From Trichoplax adhaerens (Eukaryota > Animalia > Placozoa): DNA of 64,000 nucleotides. Under the pieces are notes generated by a model. That model did not search any database, had not been told where the DNA came from, and saw only the letters and a list, made by a program, of their open reading frames with translations. The stretch is taken from positions 7,732,829 through 7,796,828 of the forward strand of contig NW_002060946.1 in assembly GCF_000150275.1 (NCBI RefSeq), written 5' to 3'. The position numbers and the translations under genes are program-made. This document shows, one piece after another, positions 53,941 to 64,000 of the stretch (within the stretch, counting starts at the first letter, position 1; each line of letters begins with the position of its first letter).

Positions 53941-55089
53941 ATGGCAATAACAAACCATACCAATAATTCTACAGAATCTGCTTCAATTTCCATGTTCAAT
54001 GTAGCCTTTATCTTTTTAATCTTGGTTATTAGTATTCTGGGAATTATCTTCAATCTTTTGCTCATTCACGTTACCAGGCTAAGGAAAGAACTGAAAAATA
54101 CAACTTATGGTACTGCTACTAATTTATTAATATCAAATGTTATCTTATCTACTGTAACTGGCTCATGTGCCCTTATTAGCGTTATTCAACATCGGTGGAT
54201 TGTGTCAGAATGGATTTGCAAGCTCTTAACTTATTCGCTAGGTGTTTGGATCGCTACAATATCGATTACTTATAGCCTCATCAGCATGAACAGCTGTTTA
54301 GTAACGATTTTTAAGCAGCCTTTTTATCCTGGAATCCACAGAAAAACCGTTCTGATTAACATAATCTTATTAATATGGTTGACTAGTTTAAGTCTTAATA
54401 TTCCACTCATGTACTACTCTGGAACTACTAGCAAACTAAACTTTGTTTGCAATATTCGTTATCATTACAGTAGCCCGTATTATTTCACATTTGTAATGGC
54501 GCTAGTTTATCTGATTCCTGTATTAACTAACTGTTTGATGTATCTACGAATTATTATTTATATCGCTAAAAATGGTGTTCAAAATAATAATGAAATTCAT
54601 CAGCAATCCTGTCATCCTTATTCACACCCACTTAGCAGTAGCTATTCAAATAATACAAGTAGTATTGGCGATCGTAACAAATATCGCCTAGACCGTTATA
54701 CCTTGCTACAAAAGGATATGCTAAGTACTACTACAATTAAAGCTTTTGGTTACTCCGCTGCAATGTTCTTTTTAGCAATATCACCAATATTTACCGTAAT
54801 GCTAACACTTTCCTTTAAGGCATCGCCACATTTTAGTTTGTCCAATTTACATCTTTCAACCATATCGCTTATATTCTACTTATTATGTTTAACGTCTGTT
54901 ATTACCCAGCCAGTATTTATAGTCGCTTATGATAGAGTTACGGCAGAATTAGTTCGAAAAGAAATACACTATTTTATAACACGTAAGCGTTCTATTGATA
55001 CTCCAATACATGTAGAAGGGGCAACAAGTATAAATAGTCATACCAATTCAAGATCGTTCCATAATACTAACGTAGGATATAGATCGTAG
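53941..55089 (+). CDS. Atypical intronless class A GPCR-like protein, 382 aa
   Basis: Seven hydrophobic segments; sequons NHT and NNS; GxxxN TM1, ELKNTTY, WICK, IW...P TM4, ECL2 C, YLIP...MY TM5. DRY is replaced by MNSC and NPxxY by QPVFI. Confidence 0.88.
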   Translation: MAITNHTNNSTESASISMFNVAFIFLILVISILGIIFNLLLIHVTRLRKELKNTTYGTATNLLISNVILSTVTGSCALISVIQHRWIVSEWICKLLTYSLGVWIATISITYSLISMNSCLVTIFKQPFYPGIHRKTVLINIILLIWLTSLSLNIPLMYYSGTTSKLNFVCNIRYHYSSPYYFTFVMALVYLIPVLTNCLMYLRIIIYIAKNGVQNNNEIHQQSCHPYSHPLSSSYSNNTSSIGDRNKYRLDRYTLLQKDMLSTTTIKAFGYSAAMFFLAISPIFTVMLTLSFKASPHFSLSNLHLSTISLIFYLLCLTSVITQPVFIVAYDRVTAELVRKEIHYFITRKRSIDTPIHVEGATSINSHTNSRSFHNTNVGYRS

Positions 55090-56998
55090 CCCGTCTAATA
55101 TGACTAATTCATTTCAAATGATTCTAGTTAAAAATTACCTCATTTTTAATTAGAAATAGTAAACCTTATTTCGGCGACTATGCATAACGACTTAGATACA
55201 CGTAATGATCGTTGCTTATTTATATGAACACATCAAAAGTAGTTAAATTACTTTGGGCTGTAAACACGACTATTTGAACCAACGCAACTGTTGTATTCTG
55301 TATAGTAACTACAATCTCAATTATAAGGTTCTCATTTAAAATTACTAATGATGTACAAAAGATAAATAAAAAACATATTAATGATTAAACATTACGTTTT
55401 CTAATGGAACTAGAACATCCTCCGCACTAACAACATAAATATACTTGTATTTGTTATTGCTAGCACCTTAATGTTGATAATAATAGTACTACAACCTATT
55501 CAATAATGCAATATCATTACAATACTATACATACGCAGAGCTTTATTAACCTAGTTAAGCTCGCAAGTCCCAAGCCCTACCCAACTCAGATCTGCATATG
55601 TTAAATACATACTTTATATACGGTACGCTTAAACAGATATGAATCTGTATGAATATTATAGTAACATGATTTTTAGCATTAGTAAAAGGGAGATAGACTA
55701 TTGGATGTGAGGTAATTTGAGTACAAGTATTTTTATATCATCGAAGATATTTTTCATGATTCTCGATGTGATCTTTACTAAGACTAGTTTTAGGTTTATT
55801 GATACCTTGCGTTGTTAGAACTTACGTAAATTAAAACTGTCGAAAATTTTAGAAAGCTTTATTTTAAACTATAGTAGTGTAAAGTATCATATATCGGTCT
55901 TCCTGACTGTTGCTAGCAGAATGATAAGTACCTATAATTTACTAGCTACTCCTTATAAGTTAGTATGCTTATTGGAAGTAACCTATAGAAGATCAGAGAG
56001 CACTGTACAGTTCTTTTATATAATGACTATCAGCTAAAATCGCGACTAGTTCTAGTTTAAAGCTATCTGTGGATGACTAGAAATAGTAATGCACTCCATG
56101 ATTATAACGAAATTAAAGATAGATTGGTTCATCATATTCACTAGCATTTAAATAGAAGTACGACTTGCAGCAGCCTTAGATAAGAGACAAATATCAGAGA
56201 AAATAAATTGTCAGCTGCAACATTTCATAGGATTAACTGGATTTCAAATGATTAAAGAACCTGTCCCAAACTAAAAGTGATTATTATTAATTTGTGACTA
56301 ATTAATTCATTGACTAGCATACAGCAAGAACAATAACATAATACCTTCTAAAACCCAAATAAGCTCAATAATCGTAATGCATGTTGAGACTAGGAAATTC
56401 TAGAATTACTTCGATTAATGTATTGTATTTCATACTTATCAATACATATGATAAATTAATGTTACATCATATAGAAGTCCGTAATAGCTTAATATATGAT
56501 TATTTATCAATCCAGCTTTTCATCGAAGCCGGTTGATGTTAACCATGTTACTTGAAGAAATGAGCAACTAGCACTTTTAGAAAACTGTAAAAATTTGTAG
56601 AAAATGTGCGACCGTACCTTCCCGTCACTATTGTCGTACTGCATCTAACTATAGGTGTATTTTATTAAATAACCTTAATAGCAATATCGCTGTAAGCACC
56701 TATTTGTATTTAAATTACAATATGATCATTCACGGAATCAAGCAAGTCAATATATTATATAGGTTATCGGTAATTATTTTCGACCAGTACCTTGCTGTAA
56801 GCAGATTTCAATAATGAGAGGGATAACTACGCGATTAATTCAGATATGATCAGTATAGAAATGAAACATAATTAATCCTACCAATTAGTATTATTTTTAT
56901 TCCTCAAAATTATCAAAGCTTAACGATATGTTCACCATATAAGAGCACGGTGTATTAGTACTGAACCCTAGCAGTTGCAAGTTTAAGAATGCTATTAA

Positions 56999-58013
56999 TT
57001 AGAATGAATTTTGACGAACCAATGTCGTCCGTGATCTGAACGAGCGCTGATAATTGCTTCTAAAATAATTACGGCGACAAGAATATTCAGCTTCTACACT
57101 ATAACGTTTATTATTATCGGAAGAAATATTTAAGATTGGGTTACTTATGCTAACAAATATGCATAGTGGTAGAGATAAAAAAGGCAATCAGAAATAGTAT
57201 GCAATTGTCTTCACTTAGCTCACCAATTATTTTAAGATTAGTCGCAGATAAATGGATAGCTATGTAAAATAGATGAGAGAATATCTTGAATATGCTAGTA
57301 ATAATTATCAGCACTTTAACAATGTCATGAGTACGCTACCTGATTGATCAAATTCTGCTACTATTATCTCATGGACTTATATAGTTAGTGAATTGCTTAA
57401 ATAATCGGCTATAATTTGCTATTATAATAATTTAAGGTATTACACAAGTTAAAAATGCCTTTGAAGCAAAATAAGCAATCGCTAGATATCCATAGCCATC
57501 ATTAAATACAATATCGCAATATCTAGAGACATTTGGACGATACTTAATAAGGTATTCCATAGGAAATGCAAAGATGGCGCTTAATAGCCATATCAATTTT
57601 CGATATTTAATCATTCTACGGGACTCTTGATTTTTGATCTACTTTTGTAACTATTACCACTTTCTAACGATAATGAATAGCTACGGTTAAAGTAAAGGCA
57701 GAAACATTATATATGATATACAGGGAATAAAATATCATTCTGCAAAATATATGGCTGGTATGAAAGTTAGAATACATAATTAGATACGGCCTAAGAGATA
57801 GAAAAAGTTGGATGCTACTTAAGCAATCACAAGCTGAGACACTAGCAATTAGTAAATATGTTGGATCTTTCAAATACTTGACTTTACTTATAAAAAGAAA
57901 TAAAAGAGAATTGACTGTAACTCCAACTAAACCTCTTGGCATACAAATTCACGATACAGCTGCAGCCCCAGAATCTGTAAGTCACTACTCCTACTAGGAC
58001 CAGTGTTATTCAT
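56999..58013 (-). pseudogene. GPCR pseudogene
   Basis: ATG at 58013 (MNNTG..), then frameshifted or stopped fragments: GLVGVTVNSLL, LKDPTYLLIASVSACDCLSS, IFCR, AIHYR*, LIWLLSAIFAFP, RYCD, SISNPIL. Confidence 0.88.
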
Positions 58014-60185
58014 ATTGATAAGAATGTCAATGATAAGACTAAACCTTCATCACTCTTTTTATACGTTTAAAGAGATACTAACGATAAATATAATTTTCTT
58101 CTCGTCTAAACAAGGCCCATATTTCTCTCTTGTAGCAAGAAAAATGATTTTCCGCAACTTTAATACGACTTGAGAACGCGGATGATAAATATATTTGGCA
58201 GCAAATTAGGTAAAAGCTCAATCAAATCCATCAATGTGATCATTTAGGAACAATATTTGATATGACTTGAAAAAATTTAAACCATGCAAAGTAAGTGATG
58301 ATACTGTGACAAACTCTATGTACTCAATCCGGAATTTTGTTATATCAATACCCCAAACTACGGATAAATATAAGATTAATAACTAGCAAAGATATCTTAC
58401 CCAACAGGATATACACTCATTTATTGAGTATCGAAGATGAAGCATTAATTAGGACGATTGAGCAGATATCATCAATATTATAATGTAGCAAAGCTTTTAG
58501 ATAGCTTTATCAGACTACAACCTAAAACAATTATTATTATACTGTCCCTAAATGCTAGTGTCACTAGGATATGTATACTTCATTAAATTTCAAAGTTGGC
58601 ATACGTAGCATTTGTAATCTGCTAAATGTTTTTTTTAAACTATCTTTCTATTGTCTTATATGATAAGTTAAAACACTATTACTAGCTAACTAATTAAGCG
58701 AATACGCCTCATATACTGATAGTCTAGCGTGGATTCTATCAAAATCATAGTATGTGTATATGCTGACATCGATTGCTTTTGTTATACTATTACATGTACG
58801 AATCGATCCTACTTAGTTACATTTGGAAATTTAAAAAATGGTTCACAAACAATAAACGTTTGAGTTCATATTCAACCTCTTCATAGTTAAATCTAGAATA
58901 AACGATAAGATTTATGTAGCAAATTCAATGCTGTTTACAAAAATTTATAAGGGAAACAATTACTTAATCAATAAACACAAACAGTAAATTACAGTAATCA
59001 GCTTCAGATGATGTTCTCTTCTAAAGTTTTCATCCTATATGTAACTTTTTAATGCGCTTTCTTATATTAAATACAGTTTTACATAAATGTAATTTAAAAA
59101 ATTCTTCTGAAAGTAATTTAATCATGTAACTAGGATCAAAATATTACGAGTGTCTTGGAAGTACAGCATACCCTCGTATGATATATTCAAAACTTTATAA
59201 CTTATAACAATAAAGAACAGGGAAAAATCTAAGACGATGTTGTCAAGGACAGAGCATTGAATTAAATGTTATCCTGATTCCGAATTATTCTGCAGTTTGT
59301 ATTTCTAGTACATATGGTCGGCGTTAATATTAGTATGTGCCCGCATATTTTTTTAATCATAGATCGTCTCTATCATTTTCATTTATATTTCTTAAATTTC
59401 TTTCCTTTCTTTACTTATAAGTCATTCTTATCCATAATAATACTTAAGTATTATATTTCAAAATACAATATTTTACGCATCAGTTTTACTTTATTAGATA
59501 TTTTCATAATCTTTAATGCGGATAATTCAACAGAATAAAGAAACCTGAAGTTAAGGCGTTGCTAACATATAGTTACAATACCTACCTAATGCTATCTTCA
59601 ATTACAAAATTTTAAATAATGTTAATATTCATAGTATACGTATGTAATATTATAAGCAATACCAGGATAGTATCGTCCTTATTATTGTATGGAATAATAT
59701 ATTGTAGAAATTTGACATAATTCATGCATTATATTCAAATAATAAAAATTAGGAAACGTTACTTGTAAAATTATGTGATATCAAGCTTATTTCAGTGATC
59801 CTATAACGTTGTGTGCAAAATTTCTATCAGTACCGCAAATATTAGCAACTTTAATTTAAGTTACGGCAAAGTTATGCAACACTTATAACAAAGAAAATTA
59901 CAGTAATCATCACCATGATGATAAAAAATTTTACACCAAGTAATGCAATTAGGTATAATCATCTCAGTATTTAAAAAATCAAACAAAAGCAGCCAGTAAT
60001 TAATTAACAATTGTGAGTAATATGCTTAACTAAAAATTTTGTAGAACAATTTATCAAGCAATTGCAGACGAAGCGCCTTTCTTTATTGATCAGTAGCGCG
60101 ATAGTATCATCTTAGTCTGTCATACATTATTAAATATTACAGACGATTTTCAATTTTATTAACTTGTTTTTAATTTATATGTTTT

Positions 60186-61213
60186 TCAATATTTTGCTAG
60201 GACTTGGGCTAAAGAGATGACTGAAATAGTCGCTCTTGATCGAAATTTACTGGCAGTACAATAGTACATGAACTTTAATTTTTCTAATATTGCGCAACGA
60301 ATATTTTTATCATATTTAAGATAAAGAATTGGATTGATCAAACTAGCTAGTAAACTTGTCGGTAAAGAAAGAAAATAAATCATGAACAGCACCTTACTTT
60401 CTTGCTGTAACTGGAATATAGTTTCAGATCTTATAGCCAGGAAATTATATACTATAAAAATTGGCCATATGAAAAGCATAAGTACGAAAGTAATGATAGT
60501 TTGTAATTTAATGAAAGCTTTTCTGCGCTTTTTATCATTTATTTTTTTTTTGATTAGATTACCGCCGGGTGTAATGTAAAAGGATAATCTACGAATGGCC
60601 CAAGTATAATATAAAACCATGATAATTAAGGGAAGAATATAAGTTATTATTGTCATTCATGGAGAATAAATTATATTTCGGTATTTATATCCTGCAGTGA
60701 AATATTCATACATCACAGTACCCAAGAAAATGTATATGATTTTCAGTAAAATAAAAGAGCTGGTAAATCAAAGACACAACTTAGTATCCAGATCATGGGA
60801 ATTATTTTTGTTAATTGAAGATTTAGCTTATTTTTAGCTCTAACCTAAGAAGCTCTGCGTTTGTTTTGTAGCGGGTGATACTAAGTGCCATTAAACAAAA
60901 TATAAATATATTATATGTAATATACAAAATAAATATCAATATATTCCAAAATATACGGGCCATGAATATTTATGAACATGCTAAAATTGAAGGGCCAAGA
61001 AATAAAAATGATAATTGCGACGAACTTAAGCAATCACGGGCTATAATATCAGAAATAATGATATAAGTAGGAACCTTTAATCGCTTGGAAGCAAAAAATG
61101 GCGTAGAATAAGAATAGATTAGTTAAAAAACCAATTAGTCCTATAGGTGTAGTGATAAGCAATTGATATGAAATCTCCTCGGTTTTATTGCAGCCCTATG
61201 TGCCACGATTTAT
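60186..61213 (-). pseudogene. GPCR pseudogene, same subfamily as 56999-58013
   Basis: Fragments PIGLIGFLTNLFL, frameshift in a T-run, LKVPTYIIISDIIARDCLSS, stop, ALSITRY, IWILSCVFDLP, stop, then an open C-half with YILPL, IWPIF, NPILY, YDKNI. The probable start is ATA at 61213. Confidence 0.9.
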
Positions 61214-61645
61214 TTTTTTTGTTAAACGGCTAATCCAAGACAATCGTATATGAATCTGCAATCAACTTTTCAAATCGACAGTCAATGACAGATGAGTGGA
61301 TCGTTGAAATAGTTTATGTTTACACGACCGATTACAATTATTTCCCGATCGAGATTTATGCTATGGCTATCTCTTGAATTTTATTTTAAGCTGTTACAGT
61401 TTAGCAGACGAAGCTTCTTACACCGCTATCAGTAATAGTAAACCTTAAAAACACAAGTAGAATTTCGGTAATTGATAATAGCCTGTTTACTATCAAAATA
61501 TTTGTAGATTTACAGTGGTAATGTGGATATTTGATTAAGAATTAATATTAGATGTCTCAGTTTCTAAGAAATCGAACTTGTACTTCTGAAATAATTTTGA
61601 ATGTATTATAAAGATTCAACTCAACTTATATCAATTCTATACAGC

Positions 61646-62196
61646 TGTAATGTAACTAGTATTGTGATTGTAGACTGTTAGCCACATTTAGTATAATATA
61701 CGGTAGATGTTTATCCTAAGAGGTATTTGGTAGTCATAACTATAGACTGTAGTGGTATAGACTCTATACAAGAGTACAGATGACTATATACAGTAAGGTG
61801 TTGAGTTACTAATAAGGCTATAGGTAAAAATAGAACTATAAATCATATATTAGGATATGGTTAGTTCATTGTACTTTGGCTGGTGTGAATAATGTCTACG
61901 TAATTACTGTAGTCGCATCCGTATTGGATTAATTATGGTCCGCAGTAGAATAGTGTTACTAAGAATAATTTAACTATGTGTAAAATAAGGTAAAAGGTTG
62001 CCATACGGATTGTAGCTGCGAATGCTACGGAAAGTATAAAAGCATCCAACTTTATATTATTGTGCTAGTTCGTTGTAGCAGTCTTAAGTAGTAGTATTCG
62101 GCTAGAGTAGAGCTGTGTGTAGTTAATCTTTGCATAAGATTCAATAAAGCCCTTATTTTTCTAAAATTTGGAATTTCGTAATCGGTATATATCACA
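61646..62196 (+). mobile_element. Solo LTR (family C), 551 bp
   Basis: TGTAATG...TATATCACA; perfect TSD ACAGC (61641-61645 / 62197-62201); AATAAA near the 3' end. Confidence 0.92.
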
Positions 62197-62983
62197 ACAG
62201 CTTTAGAAATCCTTAATGATCAATATTTCCGGCTAAGAATGACCTTATTAATTATCAATAAGTTTTATTCATGTATTGGCTAAGCAATATCGTTTAGTGA
62301 GTAAAATTCAGTCTATATAAACAATCACACAACAGTAGTCATCAATCAGTACTGTGCTTTAAGCTGTAATAAAGCTAATATACATATTTGTTCATTTCAG
62401 AAATAAGATAAAAATTTAAAGATAATATGGTCAATAGAAATAAGATTGCTGCCAATAGAACTTCTTTAAAGATAAAATCTGGGGTAAAACTGCTTCTTTT
62501 AGACCAAGAAGATCCCGATAATTTTAAAGGACTTTACGAGGTAAACTTAGTAAATTATTTTTCAAGCAAATTTTTTAAAATTTTTGCTATAATTAGATCA
62601 CATTAAGACTATGTAAGGCCTTTTTATTTGCGATGCGCGATTTATTGTCTGATACATAACTCTGACCTTACTTTAAAGTTGAACCGCTGATTGTAATTTT
62701 AGTGGGTATAAAATATTTAGTCTAATTATATAAATAATCTTCAGCAGTTTTCGTTTAGGTTTTAACCAGCATCAGCAACGGATTAAATAACAGTATCTGA
62801 AAATCTTGTAACCTTAAGGAAGTTTTTGACCTGATCTTTTGACAGATACTTCGATAAGTTCATCTTAATACTTGATTTAAAATTGAGATTACCAAACATT
62901 CTAAAAATTTCTATGTAAACTTAGGAATTAGGTATCCACATACGATTCTTAATTGCATTCTATTTGAACAAAACACATAAGAT

Positions 62984-63031
62984 ATATATATGAGCGTGAC
63001 CGTATGCAAAGTCGGTCACGTTCATATATAT
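62984..63031. repeat. Inverted repeat / hairpin, 19-bp stem with 10-nt loop
   Basis: ATATATATGAGCGTGACCG-tatgcaaagt-CGGTCACGTTCATATATAT; the only mismatch is a G:T pair. Confidence 0.9.
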
Positions 63032-63598
63032 CGTAATAAATATAATCATTCCTATATTATTACACAATAATACTAATTCCTTTAATAGTAGAGACAATAT
63101 CGCAGTAGCATGTATTCAGCTGATCAAATGCATTCCTTCATTTATAAATTGATCGCTCTGTTATTCAATTTGACTTCATTTCCGAGTAAAGATCAGATTT
63201 AATTACTTTAATTAAATCGAGCTAATTATTAATTTCTTTTAATTATGTGTGAGCACATTAGCAATAATTTTACGATTTATTAGCTAAATTACGATTATAA
63301 TTGACCAAATTATGATCTGGAAGGCGGGTTAGGCGAAAATTTAAAGGATAATAATTTGGAATCGAGTCAGATATTTTTCATTACACTAGGTGTAGTAATC
63401 AAACGATCTAACCAACCTGACTTATAGTAAATAGGGGCTCGAAAGAACGTCTAAAAACAACTTTATTATAAAAAAATGGGTAATAGCACATTTGCTATTG
63501 TTATGAGCTAGATACTGCTTAGAATGTCGTAAATTTCTTCAATAGCTACAAATTTTGCAAGCGAATTGATATAGTCAGCAAAGAAATATTTTTGGGTT

Positions 63599-63673
63599 TT
63601 CCGCAAATCGACTAGGCATTTCGCGAATTGACTAGGCATTTCGCGAATTGACTAGACATTTCGCAAATTGACT
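63599..63673. repeat. 20-bp minisatellite, about 3.7 copies
   Basis: Unit GACTAGGCATTTCGCGAATT with near-palindromic core ATTTCGCGAATT. Confidence 0.92.
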
Positions 63674-64000
63674 GGATTTCGTACTTGGACGGTAACAGCA
63701 CCATAAAAAACACTTTAGCTAACTCTTAGTTCAACCTCAATAAATTCCTAAAATGAGACCGCTCATATACCAGCTGATCAGGCCATGCTACAATAAACGT
63801 ATTTTAATCAATTAAATAAGTCTAAATCTATTAAACGATATAACATTCAGATCTATACTGTACGTAGCAATTTCACTTAAATAGTATGAGAAAACAAATC
63901 TTCTCACCCTGCTTCGTGCGCTTGTTATGCCACGTTATAGCCTAATTACGTGCTCCGAAACAATCGGTTGATTTACCCGCCAACGGTCGCGTTTGATCTA

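Noticed and set aside
55452-55666. Additional TG...CA candidates (55452-55666; also starts at 17209, 29558, 58305)
   Set aside because: No matching TSD or second copy in the window, so they were not called.
63599-63673. CRISPR-like appearance of short palindromic repeats (also the 144-bp array)
   Set aside because: The repeats are contiguous with no unique spacers, there are no cas genes, and the context is eukaryotic.

Overview
AT-rich eukaryotic (animal-like) DNA with one assembly gap. Short introns, low GC and arrays of intronless rhodopsin-family receptors suggest a compact basal-metazoan genome such as a placozoan; this is inference, not shown by the sequence. The window holds: (1) a birth-and-death cluster of intronless class A GPCRs, with four related minus-strand paralogs (one with its ATG out of frame), one highly atypical plus-strand receptor lacking DRY/NPxxY, two clear pseudogenes and possibly one very decayed relic; (2) at the left edge, a spliced minus-strand gene missed by the ORF track, encoding a tandem two-domain DsbA-like HCCA-isomerase/GST-kappa protein, with a GC-AG intron; (3) at least 10 TG...CA solo-LTR-like elements from about 5 sequence families, seven with clear 5-bp target-site duplications, none with recognisable internal gag/pol, and sharing a ~20-23-nt terminal hairpin; (4) a long-TIR MITE, tandem repeats and an isolated strong hairpin. 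No rRNA, tRNA or CRISPR was found.
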